This document shows positions 36,080 through 48,405 of a stretch of 64,000 nucleotides of DNA, one piece after another. Origin of the DNA: Pseudovirgaria hyperparasitica. Lineage: Eukaryota. The stretch's first letter is position 1; every line of letters starts with the position of its first letter. The stretch lies in the NCBI GenBank assembly GCA_010093815.1, contig ML996570.1; one strand, given 5' to 3'. Position numbers and translations under genes: made by a program. The notes below the pieces were generated by a model. That model was given only the letters and a program-made list of their open reading frames with translations, searched no databases and was not told where the DNA came from.

Positions 36080-37263
36080 CTAGCCGGATATACCCTTCTG
36101 CTCCGGCACCCCAGTCACCAGCCTGCCCTCCAGCACCGCACTCCTCAGATTCTCCAGCACAAGCACCTCCATATCCCGCTGCGTCTCCACCGTCGCTGTG
36201 CCAATATGTGGCAAACACATCACATTCCCCATCTCCAGCAACTCCCGCTCAATCGCCGGCTCCCGCTCAAACACATCCAGCCCCGCGCCCGCAAGCTTCC
36301 CACTCTGCAGCGCCCGCACCAGCGCCTTCTCATCCACCAACCCACCCCGCGCCGTATTCACCAGCACCGCCCCATCCTTCATCTGCGCAAACTCCCCTTG
36401 CCCGATAATCCCCCGTGTTTCCGCCGTGAGACTCAGGTTCAGGCTCAGCACGTCGCTGGTGCGAAGTAGCTCCTCGAAGCTGACGTATGTGTACGGACTG
36501 TCCTTAAGAGGTGTACGCTTGTGGTATTGCACCGTCATGCCGAACGCGACGGCACGCTGTGCGAGCGCTGTGCCGATGCCGCCCAGGCCGAGGATTCCGA
36601 GGGTTTTCCCGCGTGGGTCACGGCCGAGGGCGTTGGGTGTTGGGCGCCAGTTGCCGGCGCGGACGCTGGCGAGTGCGGGCGTGAGGCCGCGGAGGGCGCC
36701 GAGGGTGAGGAACATGGCGATGTCGGCGGTGGCGTTGGATACGGCGCCGGGAGTGGAGGATACGAGGATGTCTTTTCGAAAGTTGTCAGTAGTGTGTTTA
36801 ACAGTCAGGGGAAAGTAGACTGGGTAGGGGCGTTCAGGAGATAGGGATATGGAGGAAGAGACGGACTTTTGCTTGTGCAGCTGGGGATGTCGATGTTGTC
36901 GTAGCCAGCGCCATTGTGGCAGATGTACTTCAGTGATTTCGGGAGGGCGTCGAGAAGTTCTTGGTCAAAGGGACCGGTGACGGCGGTGGACTCGTTCGAG
37001 CGGTAGATGGCGACGACATCATCGTATGTTCCGGATTTCAATGCCGAGAGGAACTCAGCGCGGTTGCCAGTGCGGTACTCCTAGGCTCATATCAGTACAC
37101 AGCTTCTTAGTCGTCGTCGTCGTCGTCGTCGTCGTCGCAGATCCAGTCAAGGGCTTCGCTCACTCACCTTAAGACTCGCAAACTTCGCGCACTCCTTCCA
37201 TTCTCCCTCTGCATGTACAATATCGCCAATGAGCAGCGCCCCAGGCAGTTCCAACGAGCCCAT
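36080..37263 (-). CDS. D-isomer-specific 2-hydroxyacid dehydrogenase (glyoxylate/2-keto-acid reductase-like), 3 exons
   Basis: MGSLELPGALLIGDIVHA start; ICHNGAGYDNIDI; GKTLGILGLGGIG; catalytic NTARG, DVFERE, PHIG. HKRT after the Rossmann strand suggests NADP(H) use. Confidence 0.92.
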
Positions 37264-37770
37264 TCTGCGTGCCGGTAGCTAGAATTTAAGGTGCGGTGTA
37301 TATAGCGTCGGTGGGTTGGCCTCTCCTGGCAACAAGACACAGCTCAGAGCAAGTAGATGAATCTGAGTGGAAGATGTCAAGTCCCGGGCAGAGCTTCCTG
37401 AGCTCTTTTGTTCCCACAAAGTACCATGATGATGTGCCATGCCGACGACCGTGATTTGCGTGGAGACTGGGAATGTCGGCCGGTTGATCCACTTGTCGGC
37501 TCGGCGTTTGAGGTGGGGCTAGGCTCGGCTGAGCGGTACGAATAACCATTTTGGGGTCTTGGGTTTAGGCGTTGGACCGCGGCAAAAGAGCTTTAGGACA
37601 TTTGGATGGCTGGACGCAGAGGGATATTAAGAACTGGGAGAGCAAGCGGGTGGAAGAATGGCCGGGCAGTGCATCGGGAATGATGTTCGGTACTGGGTTG
37701 TGTCTACAATGAATGCAAGTGAGACGAATTGTATCACGCTGTACGCTGTCGCTTGATCCAAATCCGTCAA

Positions 37771-38760
37771 TCATTTGTGGTCCATGCCTCCTGTCAAGAG
37801 TATGCTCTGCCCCGTCATATATCCGGTCTGAAAATCTGAGTACGGCCGGCACAAGTCCAAAGGGAGAACGTACCTTCACAATGGTATCTACCATGTTCGC
37901 ACATTCGTCAGGGTAACCCAATCTACCGACTGGGATCTTCTCGAGAAGCCAGTCTGGAATATTTTCAGCATTGACCATGCCAGTATTGCCAATCATAGCC
38001 GGTGCTATGTCATTGACGGTGATGCCGAAGGGTGCAAGCTTGCTGGATAGATTCTTCATCATGGCAGTCAAGGCACCTTTGGAAGCAGCGTAGTCTGCAC
38101 TGAGTTAGAGGGATGATGGTGCTTGTGACGAATAGACGTACGACATCCGTTTATACCACCGCCGTAGGCTGCGATCGATGAGCTCAAGACGATGCGTCCC
38201 CATTTCTGCGCTTTCATGTCATCGACAACAGCCTTAATGAGGATGAAGGATGCTCGTGAATTGATGTTCTGCATCTTGTCGTACTCTTCAATTGGAATAT
38301 CCCTAGTGCCGATGTTAGCCATAAGCAAGTATACATATGGCATCTCTCGCTCTTACCAAATGTCGACTATCCTCTTTCCATAGCCAGCATTGCTGAACAA
38401 GATATCAATCGGTTTTCCATGCTCTTTTCGCACATCCGCGACCATAGAGAGAATATCATCTGCAGAAGATACGTCGACTTTGTGCACTGATATCCGGCGG
38501 AAGTCTCCACCGGGTCTTTCAGCTTCACATTCCTTGCGCAGCTGTGCTACCAGTTCTTCTACAGCAAGTTGATTGGACGAGTATGTCAGAGCCAGATCAC
38601 ATTCACTCATGAGTAGCTTGCGTGCACAAGCGGCACCAATACTGCGCATGAGTTAGTTGATGCTGTTGTATATGTTGTTTTGATCATACCCCCCTGAGGC
38701 ACCGGTGATCAGGGCCAGTTTGCCTTTGATATCGTTCTGCTTGGCTGCCATGGTTGCCAT
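37771..38760 (-). CDS. Short-chain dehydrogenase/reductase (FabG/3-oxoacyl-reductase-like), 5 exons
   Basis: ALITGASGG|IG, SNAG, SSIAA, YAASK, VNDIAP, GRLGYPDE, final exon TGYMTGQSILLTGGMDHK*. Confidence 0.9.
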
Positions 38761-39134
38761 ATTGTTAGCAGTTGTTCTCTCCGACAAATGTATATATACA
38801 AAATTTATTCCACCTCGAAAGAAACATGCTAGTGGGCATCCCCGTGTTCGGCTTAGGGGCTCCCAGTTAGCCCTCGAGCCCGACCGGCAAGGATCCGGGG
38901 CTAGAGGGGGCGTAGCGAGGTCAACTTTGAGGCTCCGAAAACAGCTAATTCGCGCGCGCCCACTCTCGGCAATTGCTTGTACGGCGACCGAATCCATGCG
39001 GGGGGAGGGCGCGGCGGCTCCAGCCGGTGAGCTGTCAGACCAGACACCGTCCGCATCTTCTGCCTGCTTGCACAAAACAACTCCGCTCTCATTTCAATTG
39101 CCTACGGCTTCACTATCCCGGACAACATGATCTT

Positions 39135-41806
39135 ATGGATGCTGCCACTCCCGATCAGCAGCCCCTGTCGGCCGAACAGCCAGAGACGCCTGCGCCCGAA
39201 GGAGACAACAAGGTAAAACGGGTTAATAAAGCTTGTCTCAACTGCAGGAAGAGAAAGTCGCGATGCCATCTGTAAGTCATTTTTTCTATCCAGAATTGCG
39301 CATACACATCTTGAGCCCATGCTCCAGTAGGAGACTTATGGAACTGTGATCACATCACGATCGCGATTAATTACTTGCTCATTCGTTGGAGGCTTCAACC
39401 CAGCTTCCGCACAACACGGACATCCCTTCCATCTGTCGTGAGCGCGCGCAAAATGCAGACGACGTGCGCAAATCATTAATATCACACTGGACGTTTCCTG
39501 CATCTTATCATACGATACCTATGTTCAAGTGCCGAGGCACAAATCTCGAGCGCATGGCTGACTACTGATTCGATAGTGACGAAGGCGGACAGGTGCCATG
39601 CCTACGGTGCAAGCGCGAGGACCTCGAGTGTATACTGGGAGGCTCCAATCGTGGTGGGCGACGAATACGAAGGAAAACCATCGATCCACAGGTTGGACCT
39701 TCCAGCTATCCGACCATTTATACACATACCCAAGAGGAGGTAGAGGAGTCAGCATATGGGCAACTGAGCGCGGCCACTGCATGGGCTACCCATCCATTAC
39801 CGACCCAGAGTCCTACGCAGCTACGCCCGCAGCTCCCAGATCTGAATAGCGAATCGCGATACCGAGAACTTCAGCCGCCGGAGATTGATCGGTCTCGCTC
39901 TCTGTCTTCTGAACAACTCTCCTTTCCGAAGCTACAAAACCCCTCCGATGCTCTTGGCATACTGGCCCAGGTCGCGGAAACAAGCACGAACAATGATGAA
40001 CGGCGCATGCAGCTATCAAACGGCCGACACGCACCGTCCGTACTGAATGATAGTCGTCAGAATAGTGGGATGAGATACCCTCCCATTGACGAAGGACATA
40101 TATCACTCCACCAAGTCGAATGGCTTGTACGCAGATACTATGAGAACTACCATCCATATTACCCACTCGCACCCATAGACAGCCTCAATGTCTCTCGGTT
40201 AGTTGAAGTTGCGGCAAACGAGCCGCACCTTCTCACAGCGGTCCTTGTCATAGCGTCAAAAGATCTGGTAGATCAGCCGAATATTTATGAAGCCTGTGCA
40301 AGATATATGAAGAGTCTAGTTTCTGATCTGGCAGCAGGTGGTGACGGGGGTCTTGAAGCCGTCGAAGCCCTGTTAATACTTGCAGAGTGGGCTCCGTATA
40401 CACAACGCTCCGACAGTGAACGGGTCGGGCGGGGCGAAGAGGATAAAGAAGCTTGGATGCATATCGGTGTCGCCCTCAGAATCAGCTATTTCCTAGGACT
40501 CGATCGATTTTCGTTCCGAATTCCAGATGAGGGGAAGGATCCGCAATTTAACAGGAAGAGGTTGATATGGACAGCCTGCTATATGTCGGACAGACAAATT
40601 TCTATACGAATCGGAAAAGGATTTTGGTCAAGAGGACCAGGTCCTTTGACATCACTTCGTCGGGAGGATCATGTTCCACTGCTGCCAAGAACAACAAATG
40701 AAGAGGACTATGCAAGCATATTTCAGGCCACTCTTGAATTGACGACATTGTCAAGCAACGTTCACGATGTGCTCTACGCCAATCCGGGGTCGAGTCTACG
40801 CAGTCATTTGAGTGGGGGCTACATCAAGTTCATCGATGACTTCAGAAATGCGATATATACCTGGAAAAGCGTTTGGGGCACCCTAACATGTAAGGATCCA
40901 TATTCATTCGAAGACACTTCTGCGTCTGTGTTGGGAGGCTACAATTCCTGGAGATCTACAGAACTGTGTTACAGCCTTTTTGACGGGACAAATCGCTAAC
41001 AATAGATAGGCTCATCACATTTGAAAGCTACACTGACTATGTCATACCATTACCTCCGGCTCTACACCGTGGCTTTTGCCTTTCACGCGACAGTCAGGAG
41101 GGAACAGGAACTTAGAAAGAAAAACACCCCACAGTACTCGACACAATACCAGGCCCCTTCCCGACTCTTCTACAAAAATGTTGCCAAGGTTACGGATGTG
41201 CGTTTCATCTACGAAGGTCTCGAGGCCGCGAAAGAAATCATTTCCACGCTAAATAGTTATGTGGATGCTCAAAGGTCACTTCGATTTATGCCACTGCGGA
41301 TCTACCTCTATCTGGTCTATGCAGGCGTTTTCCTATACCGCGCTCGATGCGTGGGTGTCATGGAGGATGAAGAGGACAAGGCTGTCCGGCACATGGTTCA
41401 GGAAACCATTTCGAAGCTCGAAAAGGCCGGTATGGGCCCCTTACATCCAGGATCCCGCTACTCGCAGCTTTTGAAGCTGTTGTGGCAAAAGGTTGGCACA
41501 AAGGAGAGGATCAGACATCCGAACGTGCCAAACCCGAGCTCTTTTCGGCCTGGTGATACCCCTGCTTCGGTGCTATCTCAAGATAACCACAGCATGGTTG
41601 GCTCCAGTCCTGCAGTCACGGAGCAGATGGGTGACTTTGCCTGGACTGACCTGATGGCTGTTGGGGATTTTGCCGTCAATGGATATAACGCAGCTGGTAC
41701 TCAGGCCGGCGACGACAATCTACTAGGGTTTCTTCCTATGGATATGGGCAATGCCTGGGATATTGGTCACTTCGACTTCGATAGTAGTACTGGTCTTGCC
41801 TTCTGA
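39135..41806 (+). CDS. Zn(II)2Cys6 fungal transcription factor
   Basis: ACLNCRKRKSRCHL|DEGGQVPCLRCKREDLECILGGSNRGG across intron 39272-39576. Middle-homology region (EALLILAEW, WTACYMSDRQISIRIG). Second intron ~40890-41009; acidic C-terminus. Confidence 0.92.
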
Positions 41807-42814
41807 AGTGCCGGGTTGCGGGAATACCTGTAGTTTCATATGCGTTCTAGCGTCTGTTTTTGGGCGCATATACTTGGTCTGGGAGGTCTGATACTGTATT
41901 ATAATTAGCGCAAAATGCTCTATTCACAATTATTCTTCTCAATATATAGATTTTGGTGTGCACCTCCCTGCTAGTTACGCAAGGTACCTAGTACCTGGCC
42001 CCTCCGCATTCCAAATAGTCCTCGCAAGATCCAATCTACCCAATGAGTTGAGCTCGAAGCATCTAAGGCGATTGTTTGATTGAATGCTCACATTCCAATA
42101 CCATCAAAATTGCGTTCGCTGAACGGCATATGACTCCACAATATTCATACACCGACGGACGATGCCGACGCCACCATCCATGTTCCCGCAGCGCCCGTGC
42201 CGGAGAAGAGTCCGCGCACCCGCACCAACCCCCCCTTAGTCCCAACGCACCATAATATCCCAGCGCCGGGGAGATGCTTGATTGCTATGATTGCTCTCTG
42301 CAGCGGATTGGCAAGAAACCTGCGTGATTTTTTTCTCGTCTTTCTTCTTCTTCTACTGCTGTACAGTTTCAAATGTCCCAGTGTCCACACCACAACCCTA
42401 CTTGAGGCTCGGGCGTATCAAAGCATAGATGATCTAGCCGAGGTGGCCTGTCGGGGGGGTGGGAACTCTCGTGCCATCTCATTCGACGTTGACCAGATAT
42501 CCGCTGCCGAAACACCCCCCGGGCATGTGTGGGTGTGAGTATATTAAGCTACGTATCGGGTGTTGAGAGCTTGCATGACGGTGGTTTTGATTGTGATTGT
42601 GATTATGATTGATTGTGAGTGGTGATATAGACCGCGTCGTGGAGGCTGCATATTTACACTTACTTACTCTTGTCCTTCGCCGTTGAACCTCGACTCCTCA
42701 ATCCCTCAATCCTTCAATCCCTCATACCTCAATCCCTCAATTCCCCTCCAGCCTACTCCTCCACCTCCACCTCCTCTTCTACCTCCCACTTGCGCCCATT
42801 CCACATCACCAGCC

Positions 42815-45011
42815 ATGATGGATACTCCTTCCCTCTCCACGTCCTCCCCTCCCGCGCGCTCCTTCACCCAAAGCATCCACGCAACATGGGCGGACATAAA
42901 GACATACCGCCGCGCATACATCCTCACGATAGTCGCCTCGTTTGGCGGGTTGCTGTTCGGCTGGGACACGGGCCTGATCGGAGGAGTGCTGACCATGGAC
43001 GCCTTCAAGCACAGCTTCGGCCTGGACACGAAACACGAGAACTATGCGAATGTGCAGGGGAATATTGTCAGCGTGTTGCAAGGTGGGTGTTTCTTTGGGG
43101 CGGCAAGCAGCTTTTGGCTCGGGGACAAATTGTGAGTGGTTCTTTTGGTGTGTTCTTTTGGTGTGTTCTTTTGGTGTGTTCTTTTGGTGTGTTCTTTTGG
43201 TGTGTTCTTTTTGTTCGTTTTTGGTAAGGAAACGGGGGACTTGTTGGGGGGCAGATGAGAGATGTGTGGATGGGGCTCGATTTGGTGGTGCGTTGTATAT
43301 AGATGTATGTATGTATGGGCTAACAGGCAGTGAAAGGGGCCGGAAATGGTCTTTGATCCTTGCTGATACGGTCTTCATCATCGGATCTCTCGTACAAACG
43401 CTCTGTGCGATCAAGACTACCAGCCTGACGCAGCTGTACATCGGCCGCTTCATAGGCGGCTGGGGCGTGGGGTGTATCAGTGCTATCGTGCCAATCTACA
43501 TTGGGGAGAATGTAAACAAGGAGATTCGAGGGCGATGTATTGGCTGGTAAGGTCTAGCTTTCGTTCACTTCCTGCTATTTTGGTGTTTCAACAACCGCTA
43601 ATTGGGGTGGCCAGCATGCAACTCTTCAACGTCACCGGTATCATGACCTCCTACTTCGTCAACTACGGCATCAGCAAGCACATGTCAGGCCTCTCAGATC
43701 TAAAATGGCGTGTGCCGTTCGCACTCCAGATGGCCCCGGGCCTGCTACTGCTCCTACTCGTCTTCCAGAACGAATCTCCCCGCTGGCTCGTCGAGAAGAA
43801 CCGGATCGAAGAAGCACAGCGCAGCCTGACAATAGTTCGCGGGAAGAGCAAAGGCGACGCCGCCGTGATGCAGGAGCTGCAGGAGATCATCGACGACTTC
43901 AACGGGCACGAGCGGCTGACCATCCTGCAGCAATTGAGGGCCGTGGTCGCGAATAAGAAGATATTCTATCGGGCCAGCTTTGCCGTCATCTTGATGTTCT
44001 GGCAGCAATCGACCGGGACTGTGAGTCTCATGCGTTGTTCTGGAATACGTGATTGAGACGCTAACCAATCCGCCGGACCAGAACTCGATAAACTACTACA
44101 GTCCTCAGATCTTCTCATCAATCGGCATCCAGGGCGCTTCAGCAGGGCTATTTGCAACGGGGATTTATGGGGTTGTGAAGGTTGTCTTCACGGGGTTGGG
44201 CATGATGCTTGCAACCGAGCAGCTGGGGCGAAAAGTACGTCTGTTGCTACTCTTCTTGTTGTCTCTGCCATATTACTACTCCCTCAAATCATCCCATCAC
44301 TTACCCGTCGTTCCCACACTGATATATCGGCCCTTCAGTACTGCCTCATCTTAGGTGCCATGGGCCAAGCCTTCAGCATGTACTACATCGGTATCAACCA
44401 AGCCATCCATCCAACCGTTCCTGGTGCGCCCCTTACCGGCCATAATACCTTCGCCATCATATGCGTGTACCTTTTCGTCGTCTTCTACAGCTTCAGCTGG
44501 GGCCCAATCCCATACGTGCTCAGCAGCGAATGCGCCCCTAACCACGGTAAGTTACCCATCTCCCCCCCCCCCCGAAGCCATAACTACTTTTCCACTAACA
44601 TAAGAAATCACAGTCCGCTCCCTAATCATGGCTCTCGCTCTAATGACGCAATGGCTCATAAATTTCATAATCGCCAAGATCACGCCCATCATGCTCGCCG
44701 ACATCTCGTACGGCACCTTTCTGATCTTCGGCTCCTGCTGCCTACTCTCGCTCTTCTACTCTATCCTGTGCGTGCCTGAGACGAAAGGTGTGCCGCTCGA
44801 GAGTATACACGAGCTGTTCGAGGATGGCAGCATCGTGCGTGGTTGCTTGCGGGATATGGTGCCGAAACGGACTCGTGCCTTGGGGCTGCGGCAGAGGGCG
44901 GCGGCGCTACGCGAAGCACGTGAGGATGGTTGTGGTGAGGCTGGTAATGGGGTTGGTAATGGAGTTGGTAGTATCAATAAGTCTGGCCTTGTCACGGTTG
45001 AGCATGCGTGA
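42815..45011 (+). CDS. MFS sugar-porter family transporter (quinate-permease-like), multi-exon
   Basis: FGGLLFGWDTGLIGG, GRKWSL, GRFIGGWGVG, PIYIGE, ESPRWL, QQSTG, INYYSPQIF, SWGPIPYVLSSE, VPETKGVPLE. Confidence 0.93.
43138..43211 (+). repeat. 13-bp minisatellite GTTCTTTTGGTGT (~5.5 copies) in intron 1 of the MFS gene
   Basis: Directly visible just after the GTGAGT donor. Confidence 0.92.
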
Positions 45012-45751
45012 AAGGCGGCCCTCTGGGAGATTGATGTTCGTGTCTAGTAGACCAGGGAAATTGTAGGAGAGAATAGAATAGAGTTTTCGCAATTTTCTTC
45101 ATATCATAAACACTTCTCATAATCGAAATTACTGCCATTACGACACGAGGACGGCGAAAGTTAGGTAGGACTTGCTGCTTGTCATTGTTTTTTCACGCTG
45201 AGCAGGTAGAAGGGAGGGCTAAGCCGAGCTATAATCTTGATTTTCCTATTTATTTTTCCATTCTTTGTGAGAGGTGCCCCCTCCGCGCAGTGGTATGATC
45301 AAAGAAGGTGGGAAGTCAATGAGCTTGAGAGCTCTGCACCACATAACGTAAGAATATCTCATAATATCCAGTGGTTATCACCCAATATTCGACCCCGCCA
45401 CCCTATTTCACAGTAGGAACCAACTCAAGTCGTCTATAGCGTGAAGGTATTTTGAAATGTCATCTCATACATCAAGTATATTTCGAGTGAATCGATGTTC
45501 CCCATGTTCCCCTCGTTTGACCACCTTTCGATTGTGTTTCCGAATGTTGTCTTCCTAGTGAGGGATTAGTGTTACTTAGCTGTAGGACAGCCCCAAGAAT
45601 CGACTTCGGATAAATGATAGTGGCGATGAATGCGTGGACGAAGAATGATTGTGACTCGCCCAATCGCTTGCAGCAGCAGTGAACGACATAGTTTCAGTTT
45701 TGTCATTAACACAGGATATCTCCCCTCATTGCGCGCATCTTGTGCCGACGT

Positions 45752-47625
45752 TTATTCGCCAGTGAGGGATATCACAGAGGTCTGACGGCGTTTGACAGCT
45801 GAAGACCCTGAAGGAGATCTATGACGTTTATTCTGGCCACGAGGATGGTTCTTGTTGGAAAATTTGCTGTTCGTATCCATTGAGGTGTGATCGTCGACCT
45901 GGGAACATGCGATGGTGGGGTCCAAGTTCAGACCCCTGCTTGGTTGCTCGAGTAGATGTTTCATATCCTCACGCCGACGCTCGTGTGCATGATAGATGTT
46001 CGCGCACCGCTCATCCAGGTTCGTACGCTTTCCACGTAGATGTTTCTCCTGAGAGATCATGGCCTTCATCCTGGCTTGGGACATCGCAACCGACTGGCCG
46101 CCTCTCGGCGCTAGGGGGTCAACAAGTCTTGGGATCTGCTCGACGGCTGAGTCACCGTCTGCAGATTGATTATACGAAAGCTGCTGTTGTGTCCCAGATG
46201 TATCCATACTGTCCTGAGAAATGGGTTGCAATGCCTGATCACTGTTCGAAGGAATAGGACGTGCCGGGAGTGATTGGCCCTGAGCGCCTCGCAATGAAGC
46301 GGACGTGCCTTTCTGTACACGTATCTGGCGCTCCCGCTTTACCCATTTCAACAGGAGTCCCGCACATTTCCGATGCGTGACAGCTTTGTCAGCGTAACCC
46401 TCTAGGGTTCGTAGCGGCGGTATCTCCGCCCCAGGGGCCATCTCTTCTTGCTCCATATGGTAAGCTTTTAGGACAGTATCAAGCATCATGGCGATACTTC
46501 GAGTAGCACCGGGAGGCGGCTTGCACCGTGCCATGTTCAGATTCTCTATGCGGACAAGATTATCGGCAGCCGAATAACATGTGCGTTCATACTCTTCGAC
46601 CGGGAGGTCACCATTCCCGTAAATTGCTTTCTGGTAGAAGGCTATAGTGGTGTCATGATAGAACTCGACGTGCTCATAGATAGTCTCAGGAGCTTTCGGG
46701 GGATCGCTTATCCGGGTCTGATGCTCGTCATTGATTGTGTTGGGACTAAGTGGCATAGACGTGGGTACTAGAGAGGTGGGAAGAGAAACAGCTGGCATTT
46801 GATAGTTCATGTTGTGGTTCATCTCCCAATGGTTGGATTCGTGGAACTGAGAATCAGGCTGATAGCTGCTCGCTTTATTCTGCATAGTGCTGGGCCATCC
46901 ATACGGGTCCAGGATAAAACCTTGGGACTGAGACGTAGCCTGGCAGCCGCTCGATCCATCTTGCGCGAGGTCGGGCCAGCCATACGCGCCTGCATTTGAA
47001 CCTTGGGACTGAGACGTAGCCTGGCAGCCGCTCGATCCATCTTGCGCGAGGTCGGGCCAGCCATAGGCGCCTGCATTTGAACCCTGGGACTGAGACGTAG
47101 CCTGGTAGCCGCTCGTTTCGTTCTGCATGGTGGTGGTCCAGCCATATTGATTAGTATCTAAAGGATTGAACCCTTGTATCTGAGAGGGAGCCTCGTAGCC
47201 GGTCAATTTAGGGTCGAGGGCAGTTGTGGGATACTGCCGATCTGGTTCCATGTACAGGATGGCGTCGCCTAATTGAGGTCCTATGAAGGATGTATTTTGG
47301 TTAGGAAGAGCTTGCATTTGCAGATCGCTGTCGAAATCGAAAGCATTGAACTGGTTCCCGGGGTATGAGTTGTAGCTGGAGGAGAAAGGACCGGGGAGAC
47401 CGTAGCTGCTGCACAGTTCCTGGGACACCTAAGATGGCATCAATATGGCTCATATGCATATAGATGTTATGATGAAAAAAGAACAAGTCTTACCTGGTCC
47501 ACGGAGCCCTCCAGTATGAACCTCTGTTCCGTGCTCTGTGCTGCCAGCACAAGCTCCTGGCCGCTTCCGAAGTCGCCTGGCTCGTTGAAGTCGTACATTG
47601 CGGAGTCAGCGCCGAGGTTGGCCAT
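45752..47625 (-). CDS. Orphan-like hypothetical protein with 27-aa internal repeats and basic C-terminus
   Basis: Exon 1 47625-47494 (MANLGADSAMYDF...SVDQ), intron 47493-47429 (GTAAGA..TAG), 558-codon exon 2. No recognisable domain; NLS-like NKRHRS..KRRQ. Confidence 0.6.
46840..47200 (-). repeat. 81-bp coding tandem repeat (two near-identical plus two diverged units)
   Basis: cttgggactgagacgtagcctgg recurs at 46921, 47002 and ~47083; protein unit QATSQSQGSNAGAYGWPDLAQDGSSG. Confidence 0.9.
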
Positions 47626-48405
47626 TCTGATAGACAAATCTCGGAAACGGAAGACTTCTGGAATTGGCATAAGAGAGGCCATAAACGAGGACAAAAATCT
47701 TAAGGAAGTAACTAAGGGGCGCACTCGTCCTGTAGTCTGTTATGGCAGCGCACGCCCATCGCGGGATGGCGCAAGTAGGGTAGAATTTCCTAATCGGCGA
47801 TTCTAGTGAATATAGAGAAGCCTTCACCATCGCACAATCGCCGTCTGCGCTGAATAGCCCTTGTCACCCTATCAACCAGGGCTGCAACACGTGATTGGTT
47901 GCACATCAAGGCCCGTACTGAAACTGCAGCCCTATTCACCATGAGCTCCTTTGTTCATGTAGGTCCGGGCTAGTTTGTATGCTTTCTATTCCTCACCACC
48001 TACATCGCTCCTCAATCTCATCTCCGTAAGGTGCTTTGTGATGACGCCGAGAGGGATAGCAAAAGTAAGTGGCCTTGCGTTAGGGTTCTGACGGCTCGTG
48101 CCGCAGACAATTTCCAGCATCTGAAGCATAAACTCGAGACACAGACGCGTGCTTGTGGCCTTACACAATGTACCGATCGTGAACACGAGCATGTGTTCAA
48201 TGGCTAGCGTGGACGAAAAGACGTCAGCCTACGCCGCCAGAGCTCTCGGTCTCCGTTTGCGGTGTTGCGCAGTTGACTATTGACATCCTGTTGCCAATCC
48301 ACCTTTTCCAATGTCGCTTCCAAAGTGTCCAAATGCAGACACATGCCGTTCTCGGGCACACACTTCGCTTCTAAAATGATGCGTCCGTAAGACCAAAAAA
48401 TAGCC

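Noticed and set aside
43138..47200. 13-bp and 81-bp repeats as CRISPR-like arrays
   Set aside because: Head-to-tail repeats without unique spacers, eukaryotic context, no cas genes.
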